A stretch of 64,000 bases of DNA from Piromyces finnis finn. Taxonomy: Eukaryota; Fungi; Neocallimastigomycota. The notes under the pieces are model-generated. The model was not told the origin of the DNA. It saw nothing but the letters and a program-made list of their open reading frames with translations, and searched no databases. A program made the position numbers and the translations under genes. Of this stretch, positions 27,868 through 48,333 are shown piece by piece. Every line of letters begins with the position of its first letter. Position 1 is the stretch's first letter. The DNA is taken from the NCBI GenBank assembly GCA_002104945.1, contig MCFH01000001.1, positions 186,001-250,000 of the forward strand, written 5' to 3'.

Positions 27868-29265
27868 ATGTCTGTTACTAGTTTAGATCAAGATTTAGGT
27901 AATATAATATAAAGAATATATATAAAATAAAATAAAATAAATATTTATTATCAATAAGAAAAAAAAAAGTAAATAAATCAAAGAAATATAATTAAAATAG
28001 AAAAGTAAATACAATGAGAAATAAAAAAAAAGTACTTATTATTAAATAAGAAAAGAGTTAAAATAAACAATATTACGAGGGATAGAAATATTTTATATAA
28101 TGAAAACTTTTTTTTTTTTTTTTCCTTTTTTATAGTGAAATAATATTATTCTAAAAAGTATGGTGTTAACTTTTATTTTTATTTAATAGCCAAGAAACGT
28201 GCTGATAAGTATGATGACGATAATGAAAGAGAAGTTCGTGAATGGATTTCTGGAATTATCGGAGAAGAACTTCCAGCTGACAAAAGTTTTCATGAAATTT
28301 TAAAGAATGGTGTTATTTTATGCAAGTAAGTTGATGGACAGATAAATAATGTTATCAAATATTAGATATGATTATTATTTAATACTGCTGGTAATAACAT
28401 TAACATTAATAAAACAATAATATAAAAATAATTTAAAATATATATTTTACAAAAGGCTCGCTAATAAGATTGAACCAGGAACCATTAGAAAGATTAATGC
28501 TTCCAAAATGCCATTTATGCAAGTATGTAAAAATTAAATTAGCGTTAAAATATTTATAAATTTCTTATAATATTTATTATTATTGATTATTAAAAAAAGA
28601 TGGAAAACATTTCTGCTTACCTTAACGCCTTAAATAAATTTGGTGTTCCAGCTCATGAAACTTTCCAAACTATTGATTTATTCGAAGTAATATAAATAGA
28701 TATATTTTTAATAATTATTTTGTTTTCAATATAATTATTTACTAATAATAAAAATATTTTATTCATTATAATTATTATAATATAATTTCGTAATAATAAT
28801 AATCGTAGAACAAGAATATGCTTCAAGTAAGTGGATACATAGCATTATACATTTAGTAATATTTTTAAATATATAATTAACTAAATCAATTTACTATTCA
28901 TTTCTGAATAATTAAAATAATTAGGTTTTAAACTCATTCTTTGCTCTTTCAAGAACCCTTAATGACAAGGGTGGTTATGATAACATTCCATTAATTGGTC
29001 CAAAGTTAGCCAAAAGTAGAGTAAGTATTTTTTAGAGAATAGATTTTATAAAATTTAAATGATAGTTGTAATAATCTGTTTTTTTTTTTAATAAAAAAAT
29101 AAGGAATGTTCCTTCACCGAAGAACAACTTAGAGAAGGTTTATTCATTGCTGGTAAATACTCACAAGGTTATACTGGTGGTAGTAGTCAAAGTGGTATGT
29201 CTTTTGGTAATAGACGTGAAATTACATACAACAACCCATTTGACAAGGACAAGGAATCAAAGTAA
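27868..29265 (+). CDS. Transgelin/calponin-family actin-binding protein (CH domain + one calponin repeat; Scp1-like), 7 exons; missed by the ORF track
   Basis: Exons 27868-27898, 28190-28325, 28456-28522, 28600-28686, 28809-28826, 28925-29020, 29104-29265 splice (GT-AG) to MSVTSLDQDLAKKRADKYD..EVREWISGII..LKNGVILCKLANKIEPG..KMPFMQMENISAYL..FQTIDLFENKNMLQV..GPKLA..SQSGMSFGNRREI. Confidence 0.93.
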
Positions 29266-31053
29266 ACTTAAAGATAATATATATATATATCGTTCAATTC
29301 AAATAAAAGAATTTTCAATATTTAATATTTAATTAGTTGAAAAATTAACAATTAAATATTAAGCTTATAATATTCCCTCTTAAATTTAAAGTAATATTCT
29401 AATATATCATATTTTGCTAATAATAAAGTAATTTATATATATTAGAATATATTAAAATCAAAAATAACCATAGATGTTTATATAAATAATAGAACAACAA
29501 CCACAAAAGTTAATAAAAATAATTAAAATGTAAAAATTGAAAATAATAAAAAATTATTATTAAAAAAAAAGTTGAATAAGGAAAAAGATGTATTTTTTTT
29601 TTTTTTTGCATACTTTTAACATGGAGCCCTTTTTACTTTTATTAGTATTTTTTTTTCAAGTTAACTTTTACTTTTTACTTTGATAATGCTTTTTTTTTTT
29701 TTTTTTTTTTAGTTAAAGCTTTGTCCAAATTGTTGATAATGAAAATTATTTTACATTTTTTTTTGTGTGTGATAGTAAATATTATTTTAATTGATATTTG
29801 TTTCAAGTAATGTATTAAATTTTAAAAATTTATATTAAATCAATATTTTAATATATTTTTAATCTATTTATTCAAAATATAATTAATTACCTTTTGAATT
29901 GGAGACAATTATGGTTGAAAAAAAAATCATTTTTTAATATATTTTTTTTTCTCTTTTTAGTAATTTGCATATTAATCATGCTTAAAGGGATGGACAACAT
30001 CAGTAATAAGAGGAGGTAAAAATCCATTTGAAATAATAATATAATTAATATAAAGTATATAAACTCTTTGACTTTTTCCCTTCTATTATTTTTATAAACA
30101 GAAGAATATATGAGAAAGAAAAAAGTTAAATATCATATAATAACTAAACTAATAATAATATTCGAATTATTAAATAATTTGATTTAAAAAATAAAAAAAA
30201 AAAAAAAAGAAAAAAGGAAAAATAATATTAACAACAATAACATTAATATTACTAAAAAGAATGATTATTTTATTTTTTCCAATATAACTACAGTATTATT
30301 TTTAATATAAAAAAGCTTTTTTTTTTTATTGATTATTAATTTTTATAGTTTTAAAATTATCCATTAAAGTTTTTTTTTTTTTTTTTTTTCTTAAATAATA
30401 ATTATGGTTAAAAACTTGATTTTATATTGAGTTAAAATTTAAATAACAATTTAAATATTATTGTTTAAAGTTAAAAATTTTTATATAAGTGAGAATATAA
30501 TTTTATATAAATACATTTAAAACCATTTTTATTATTTTTATTTATATTTTTAATTACCAATGTTTTTGGTAGTGAAATAATCATATTGCCTTTTTAATTA
30601 AATAGGATTTGTAAATTTAATTATTATTTTTAGTTTATCTTTTTAGCTAAAGTTTATTTTTATATATTTTATGATTTATATATTTTCTTTTTTTTTTTTC
30701 TATTTCCATTTTATTTTGGTAATCATTTTTATTTTTTGGTAAAAAATATATATATATATATATATATTATATATTTTATATTCTGATGTTGTTCAAGTAA
30801 AAAAGTATATAAATAAAAAAGCAACCATATTTAATAGTGTTTAATAGTAATATATATATATATAAATATTAAAAAAAGATAAAGAAAATTTTAATATTAA
30901 TAGATCTATGTATTTATATATTTATAAATGCAACATATATAATACATACAATATATATAATATATAGTTTTAAAAAGATAGTTCGGCAGTTTTTTCTTTT
31001 TTCATCATTATTCTTTTTTTTTTCTTCTTTTTTTTTATAATTTTTTTGGAATA

Positions 31054-34103
<3,050 letters not shown>

Positions 34104-34898
34104 TTGTTTTATATCAAATTATCTCCCTATTTATTTATTTATTTATTTATTACGATATATATTTTTTTAATATTTATTCTTTTTAATGAAAAATGTACCT
34201 TTTTTTTTTATTATTATATATAGAAAGAAATATAAATCAAAGCTAGTATTATTATACCATGGTTTCAATTTTTTTTTTATATATATATTTCATGTATTGA
34301 TTAGTTATTATTACGTTATGTCTGATTGTATATAAATAATAAAAATATATATTTAATAATAATAATAATATAAATATATAAAACTTATCAAAATTGAAAA
34401 TTTTTTATTACTAATAATATCTTGAAATAAAAAAAAAAAAAAAAAAAAAAAAAAAACTTAATTATTTCGAATTTACTTGAACATTGTCAAAGCATTTTAT
34501 AATTATTTGAACATAATCATTAATAATAATGCTGTTTATATATTTATTTTTAAACTTGTTATATAAAGCATTATGTGTAAATATTACGATATATAAATAA
34601 TAATATAGAAATTAAAAATTAAATAATAGCAATTTAATAATTTAATAATAAAAATATATAAGATAAATTACTTTCTCATTTTAATTGTTTTGTTTTATTA
34701 TTATTATTTTACTTATTTATTTATTTTTTTGTACTTTTTATTATTATATTTGTTTAAAAATTTAAATAAAGAAAAATATATACATAAAATTTAATATCAT
34801 GATTATTTATTACAAAAAAAAAAAAAAAGTTAAATATTTAATTTAAGAAAAGAAATATATTTAGGTATATTTAGATTATTCTTTTTATAATTTATTTT

Positions 34899-35711
34899 TT
34901 AAAATCCCGATATATAATAATGACTTATTTGATATTCATTGATTGTTTTCGTAAATTTCGTAATTCTTACTCTTTGATTATTTTTATCGAATATACATAT
35001 CATTGGTTGGTTGTTTTTTTTAAAGTAAATTCCATAGAGTTTATCATTATTCTTATTTTTATATTCTACAATATCCCCATTGTATAAAATGTTTTCCTGA
35101 CCATTATAATAATTTTCCAAATTAAATTCCAACATTTCATTTTTCTTGATATAGTTATTGAGTTGTGCAAGTAAATTGTCATTCCAAACTTGATTAAAAG
35201 ATTTAATATCTTTTACGTATAAGTAACGATTTAAACCTCCATATTTTTTTACTTCCATTTCAAATTTATAAGAGGATTTTTCTATATTACTTAAACTATA
35301 TTTATTATCAGGTGAAACAGTTGTACATAATTTTGTATATCCATTTTCATAGGCATATCGCTCTAAAATCCACATTAGATTTATTTGTAAATGCATTCCT
35401 CTATACTTGTCTTTAACCATGACTAATTTGAAATTTGCACATACGTCATTATCATCTTTTTTTATATTAATACTTAAATCTTCTGCCGTTCCCTTTTCAT
35501 CAACAAATATTGAAAGTGCTATAAGACTATTATTATGATATACACCAAGAGTTAAATTTGGTTCTTTTACACAATGAATAAACATTTCTTTAGTATTACA
35601 TCTTAAAACACTTTTATCTACCAAATGGTCTATAACATCTTTTTGTAAACTTAAAATATCATCCACATCTGTCTCTGTACATTTTTTAATAAATAATTCT
35701 TTATTTAACAT
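34899..35711 (-). CDS. GNAT-family N-acetyltransferase with C-terminal extension, intronless, bacterial-like
   Basis: 270-aa ORF. Motif A VKDKYRGMHLQ and motif B TVSPDNKYSLSNIEK resemble Firmicute stand-alone GNATs (recognised by eye). Confidence 0.8.
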   Translation of the reverse strand: MLNKELFIKKCTETDVDDILSLQKDVIDHLVDKSVLRCNTKEMFIHCVKEPNLTLGVYHNNSLIALSIFVDEKGTAEDLSINIKKDDNDVCANFKLVMVKDKYRGMHLQINLMWILERYAYENGYTKLCTTVSPDNKYSLSNIEKSSYKFEMEVKKYGGLNRYLYVKDIKSFNQVWNDNLLAQLNNYIKKNEMLEFNLENYYNGQENILYNGDIVEYKNKNNDKLYGIYFKKNNQPMICIFDKNNQRVRITKFTKTINEYQISHYYISGF

Positions 35712-36164
35712 TTTTTTTTTATATATATTTAATATCCTATATTCTCTATTTTTAAAGTTTGGTTGTTTTTTTTTTAAAAAAAATAATAAAGTACATTAAA
35801 AATAGAAATAAATAATTAAATGTATATTTTATTTAATGTATCTACATGATTAATGTAATAAATTTTTGTATTAAATTTTTAAAAGAAAATCTTCATTATT
35901 ATTGTAACTATAAAATCTATTATACACCTTCTATGGTAGATTTATAATGGAATTATAAACCCTTTCAATTATATTTTATTCTTTTAAATAAATTACAAGT
36001 ATTTAATATAATTTCTTTGAATTTTTTTTTCTTTTAAATTGACAATTGTGAATAATCCATAGCTGCTATAATTGTTATAATGCTAATTTGATTATTATAA
36101 ATTTTTTTTTATAATTGGCAATTTTTATTAATAACCACTATTAAATAATAAAAGTAATTATTTA

Positions 36165-36192
36165 ATACTACTACTACTACTACTACTACTAC

Positions 36193-36235
<43 letters not shown>

Positions 36236-36273
36236 TAGAGTAATAATAATAATAATACTAATACTACTACTAC

Positions 36274-36364
<91 letters not shown>

Positions 36365-36368
36365 TAGA

Positions 36369-36404
<36 letters not shown>

Positions 36405-36423
36405 TTAATAATAATAATAATAA
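36165..36423. repeat. (TAC)n/(AAT)n compound microsatellite with an internal duplicated interruption (AATTAGAGTAAT x2)
   Basis: Visible run between the GNAT and deacetylase genes. Confidence 0.93.
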
Positions 36424-37259
36424 CGCCACCTGTAAATATATTTGGTATAAACTTGTTATTAAAAAATTTTATGAATTCTTAGATTCAGTATCACTCATAA
36501 ACCAGCCTGTTTTATATATGACGAGAATGATTCCATTCTACAAAATATATATATTAATTATATCTTATTTATAAAATAAATCAGTATCATGTCATTCAAA
36601 GTTGCTTCGTTAAATAATTACTTTTCTTTTTATTTCTTGTATCTTTCTACAACGACTTTTTTCTTCTTTAGTTACACACCATCAATTCTTTTCCTTCTTT
36701 AATATATTATAAATATAATTATTATATTTCATATTCAATAGAAAAATTAAAATTTTAATATAAATTTAATATATTAAATACCCGCAAAAACGTTTTTTTT
36801 TTTTATAATTCCAAATTTTATTTATTTTTATTAATAATTAAAATTTATAAATTTAATGTTTCACGAAAATTAATATATATTAAAGTTTATGATTATATTT
36901 AATAATTAATTATTAAATAATTTTATTGGTGAATATAAAATATTATTATTATTAATTAATAGTAATACACAATCAATATAAATGAATCATGGTAAAAAAA
37001 ATGAAAAAAACTTTGAAAAATAAACGAATAATACGATTAAATAAATATTAATAATTATTAATGATGAACTAAACAAGAGCATAATAATAGTGTGTGTGTG
37101 GAACACACTTTCTATATAAATACTAGGTGAAATTCCCATCTTCAAGGTATTTTAAACTTTTTATCAAAAAATCACAAATTTCAAATTGTAAACTATTCTT
37201 TTTTGAAATATAAAAAAATTATACCTATTATTTATAAAAAATAAAACTAAATAAAAATA

Positions 37260-37294
<35 letters not shown>

Positions 37295-37390
37295 TATTAA
37301 TATCAATATTATTAACGCTAACAACTAATAATAATAAATTAAAAAAAAAAAATAAAAAAAACATTATATATAATAATTACATTTTACAAA

Positions 37391-38601
37391 ATGAAAAGTT
37401 TTTTAAAACTAGCTACAATTTCTTTATTAACTTCCCAATGTTTTGGTAATGCAGCGGTTAAAAATAATGCAAAAAATACAGGTACATTAGCTACAGTATA
37501 TACTGAATGTAAAAAACCAGGTCAATTTGTATTAACATGTAAGTTCTAAATTATTATTATAAAAAAAATGTATATATATATATATATGACTTTTAATTTT
37601 TATAATAAATAAATGAAAAATATAATTTAATAATATATAAAAATAATACATTAATTATGATTATTATGTTGATGGGAATAGTTGATGATGGACCAAATGC
37701 TGGTACAACAGAAAGAGCCCTTAATGTCTTAAAAAAAAATGGTATTATTGGTACTTTCTTTGTAAACTCTGCTAATTATGTAGATCTTGTAAATAGTGTC
37801 GAGGCACGTAACATCGTTAAGCGTGCATATGAAGAAGGTCATGATATTGGTTCACATACCTATCAACATAAAGATTTATTTTTAGCAATGGAAGAAGGTT
37901 CATTAGAAATTAATGTTGATAAAAATAATGAAGTCATAAGTAGTATTATTGGACGTACTCCAGTTTTCTTTAGACCACCATTAGGTAATGGTGGTTTCAC
38001 TAAGGAATATTGTACAGCAATGAATATTCCATATGATATGAGAACTGAACAAGTACGTCAATATCTTGGTGAACGAGGTATGAAAGTTATAATGTGGAAT
38101 GCTGATACTCAAGATTGGAATAATAAAGGTAATGTTCAAAATTCCATTAATGAATTAGCAAAATCACTTAATGCTATTGGTAAAAGTCCTCAAAATAGTA
38201 GTTTTATTACTTTGATTCACGATGTTCATGACTACTCTGTTGATGTAATCCTTCAACAAGTTATTGATTATGTAAAACAAAATGGATATCAAATTGTTTC
38301 ACTTGCCGAATGTATTGGTGAAGCACCATATCTTGATGGTTACAATCCAAATCAATCTACTGCAAATCAATCTACTAATACTGGTGCTACTACTGGAACT
38401 ATGCCAACCGTTAATTCAAATATTAACACTGAACCCGGTATGAATATGAATGTTGGTAATACCAATACAGCAACATCAACTCTTAATTCAAATTCATCTT
38501 TAGGTAAACCTATTGATCTTGAATCAGCATCAATTAAAAATTTTATTAATTCTATTTTTACAGTAATTTTCCTTGCTTTATTAAATACATTATTATATTA
38601 G
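37391..38601 (+). CDS. CE4/NodB polysaccharide (chitin) deacetylase, secreted and probably GPI-anchored; exons 37391-37538, 37682-38601
   Basis: The spliced junction restores TFDDGP. Further motifs HTYQH, FRPPLG, DTQDW, LIHD. N-terminal signal peptide, S/T/N-rich stalk and hydrophobic C-terminal tail. Confidence 0.92.
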
Positions 38602-39489
38602 ATTGTTTATATATAAATAGAAAAAAAAAATCCATATCATTATAATAAATATAAAGAAATTTAACCTCTATTGAATTAAAAAAAAATTACTAATAACTTT
38701 TAAATAAAATATTAAATTAATAAAAACATATATATTATTTATCATAAAAAAAAAACTATTAAAAAAATTTTTTTAAACTTCTCATTTTAATAATATATTA
38801 TTGAGCTATAACATTAATTCTAGAATAAAGAAAAATAAATTATTACTTGTTGTAACATCACTTTTTTCTAAATTTTAAAAGATTTCTTTTAAGAAGGAAA
38901 TAAGACATAGATATTATAAAATCAATGATATTATTTAATATTTTTATAAAAATATTATTAATAATATTATATATATATATACTTTTTCTTTTCTCATAAT
39001 AGATATTAGTTGAAATAGAAGTCTTTGAAAAAATATTGATTTAAATATTAATTTTTTATTTACTTTAATATTTTTTACATTTTATATAATCTACAATCTA
39101 CCTTTTAAAAGTTTAATTTCATATATAAAAAAAAAAAAAAAAGAAATGAAATAAAAAATATTATATATACATATATAGATTTTTCTAAAGCAAAACAATA
39201 GTAAATTATAATATATTTTATAAATATATTTTATATTTAAATAAAGAGGGGTTTTTTTGATTATTAGGTTCTTTTTGATTATTAGTTTTATTGTTTTTTT
39301 TTGTTTGTTTGTTTGTTTGTGTGTGTGTGTTTATTGTTGCCAATAAATTATAATGATATATTGAAAAAAAAAAAAAAGAAATGCAAAGTATAAATCATCA
39401 ATAGAGGTATCAATTATTTTTTTTTTCTGTTTTTTTTTTTTTATTTGTTTTTTGTATATTATTGTTATTATAGGTTTATCTCTTCATAT

Positions 39490-42106
<2,617 letters not shown>

Positions 42107-42808
42107 TTTTATTATATATTATTCTAATAGTTTTTTGTTTTTGTTTTGTTTGTTTGTTTGTTTGTTTGTTTATTGTCGTTGCTGTTGTTACTATTATTGT
42201 TGTTATTATTATTACTATAAAGATATTCGCTTAATTTTCATATACTATTTTATTATTATTTAATATTCCAATAAAAAATAAAGTAAAACTTTCGGTATAC
42301 TTTTTTTTTTTTTTTTGGATTTTTATTCTATTACTACAAAAAAATATTTCAAAGTTTTTGAAAAGGAAAATAAATAAATAGAATTAAAAAAGAAAAAGGA
42401 AAATAAAAAAAAAAAAAAGTCAATTTTAAAAACCTTATAAAGTATTATTAGATATTAGAATTATAATATATAATATTTTTTAAATATTTTAAATATGGTA
42501 AGAAAAAAATAAAGATTAAATTTAAAATTTACATCTTTGTATTATAATAAATATTTTATTCATAAAAGATTCTTCACTATCATTATAATCATTAAATTTC
42601 GTTTTTTTTTTTATTTTTTTTTTTATTTTTATTACTATTTTATTTAGCATGAATTATTGCTTTAGTAACATAGGTTATTATTTTTATTATTTTTGTAGTA
42701 TTTAGTATGATTCAAATTCAATTATATATAATACATATAACATATCTAAAAATAATAATAATAAAAAGCGTTAATAATCTTTATATGAATATGTATTAAT
42801 AGAATAAA

Positions 42809-43001
<193 letters not shown>

Positions 43002-43410
43002 GGCATGAACATTATTTCATTATTCATCTGAAATTTAATATCTAAAAATATTTATAGCGAAAAACTTTTTTTTTTTTTTTTATTTTATTTAACATTTCAA
43101 TATAAATTTTAATTTATAATTAAAAAAAAAGATTAAAATTGGACCATCCAAAAAAACGAACTTTTTTTTTTTTAAAAAAAAAGATTAAACTTATACAAAC
43201 TATAAAAATTTTAATTTTAGGTTTAAAATAATATATATATATTGTCTTCAAATAAAAAAAAAAAGTTTTTAATACTTTCTTAATATAATATATATATATA
43301 TATATAATTTATATAAAGTAATATAAAATTAAAGAAAAAAATTATAATAAATAAAACATTAAAAGAACTATTTATATAAAGTGATTTAAAATTAAAATTA
43401 AAGTAAATAC

Positions 43411-43446
<36 letters not shown>

Positions 43447-43583
43447 TAATAATAATAATTTATTATAAAAAAAAAAATAATTTAAAATGTTTATATGTTT
43501 ATATATCATATTTATATAATAATAATTATATAAAATATTTATTTTATAGGACTGGTTTCTTTTTTCTTTTTTTTTTTTTTTTT

Positions 43584-46805
<3,222 letters not shown>

Positions 46806-48180
46806 TTTAGAGTTATTTTTAAATTTTTAATTGAAAATGAAAATATTAAAAGTCTAGCTTTATTATAATTGTTGTTTTTTGAACGCAAAACAAAGGTATT
46901 TTTTATTTTAAATACTAATAGTGCTAATTTTTTTTTTTTTTTTTTTTAATTTCTTTTTATAAGCTTCTTTTAAAACTTTATATTTTTTTTTTCTTTCAAT
47001 CTTTAATTTTTATTTCCTAAAATAAATAGGCAACAACATAAATTTTTGAATTAACAATTCAATTGAACAATAATTTGTTATAAAATGAAACAATTCCTAA
47101 AGGTATGAAATCAAATTTCAGATTAACGAGAAATAATTTTTAGATTAGCTTTTCTTTTATTTTTTTTTCCTTCTTTATAAGTATATGTGTATATTTCGTT
47201 TATTATTATCCTTTTCAATATTTTTTAGCGTTATTATTAGTGCTTTTTTTTTCTTTCTTTTTACAGTTTTTACTAGTTAAAAATTGTCAATTATTAATTT
47301 TAATTAAAAAAAAATACAAAAATAAAAATTAAAATTTTATTATTAAAATAATAAAAAATATTAATTAAAAATATTTCCTTTTTTATTTTTAAAGAATCCA
47401 GAAAAAAAATTAAATTTTTCGAAGACGTTAAAAACTTTTTTCTTTACCAAACTATATTAGTTTTACATTTACGTACACACTAACACTACTTTTCAGAAAT
47501 AGATGATTATTTAACACACTATTTTTAGACTACTGCGCAATAAATAACTTTTTATATAATTTTATATATTTTTACTATTAATAAAATTTTAAAAATAATA
47601 ATTATGCCTATACTATGAACAAAGCATAAACCTTAATGCCTAGTTTTTAAAAGATTTTTAACTTTTAATTATTTATTATTAAGAAATATATTTAAAAAAG
47701 GTAGGTAATCCTCATTCTTTTATTTACCTTTTTATTCTTTAATAATACTAATGAAAAAAAAAAAAAAAAAAGTAATAATATGATTACGAATATCCTTAAA
47801 TCATAACTTATGAACACCTTTTTTTTAAATAATAATAAAATATATAATACATAATTTCTTTTTAATTATACCAAACAATATAAATTCATTATAATATTTC
47901 AAATAATAACATATCCATTATTTTAAATTTATGTATTTTCTTTAATAATTACTAATATTGTTTTATTTTTATTGTTGCATTAATATAATTATTGTATAAA
48001 AAAAAAGGTTAGTGAACCAAAAAAAAGGAATAATTATATTTTATAGCTTTTTTTCATACCACCTAACTATAAAATAATTATTATTAATAAAAAGTAGATG
48101 AATATATTAGTACATTAAAAGAATAAACATTTTATATATATTCAACCTACTAATACTAACTATTTATGTATTACTATTAC

Positions 48181-48333
48181 TAATTCTTCTACTGCCAAAG
48201 TGTATAAATATCCATCAATGTTAATTCCTTTACTGCCAAAGTGAATAAATATCCATCAATGGTAATTCTTCTACTGCCAAAGTGTATGAATATCCATCAA
48301 TGTTAATTCCTTTACTGCCAAAGTGTATGAATA
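48181..48333. repeat. 41-bp minisatellite, ~3.7 copies, alternating A/B variants
   Basis: Unit TACTGCCAAAGTGTATAAATATCCATCAATGTTAATTCCTT. Alternate units end in ...taattcttc. Confidence 0.9.

Noticed and set aside
48181-48333. CRISPR-like appearance of the 41-bp and 49-bp repeats
   Set aside because: The units are contiguous tandem repeats with no unique spacers, the host is eukaryotic, and there are no cas genes.
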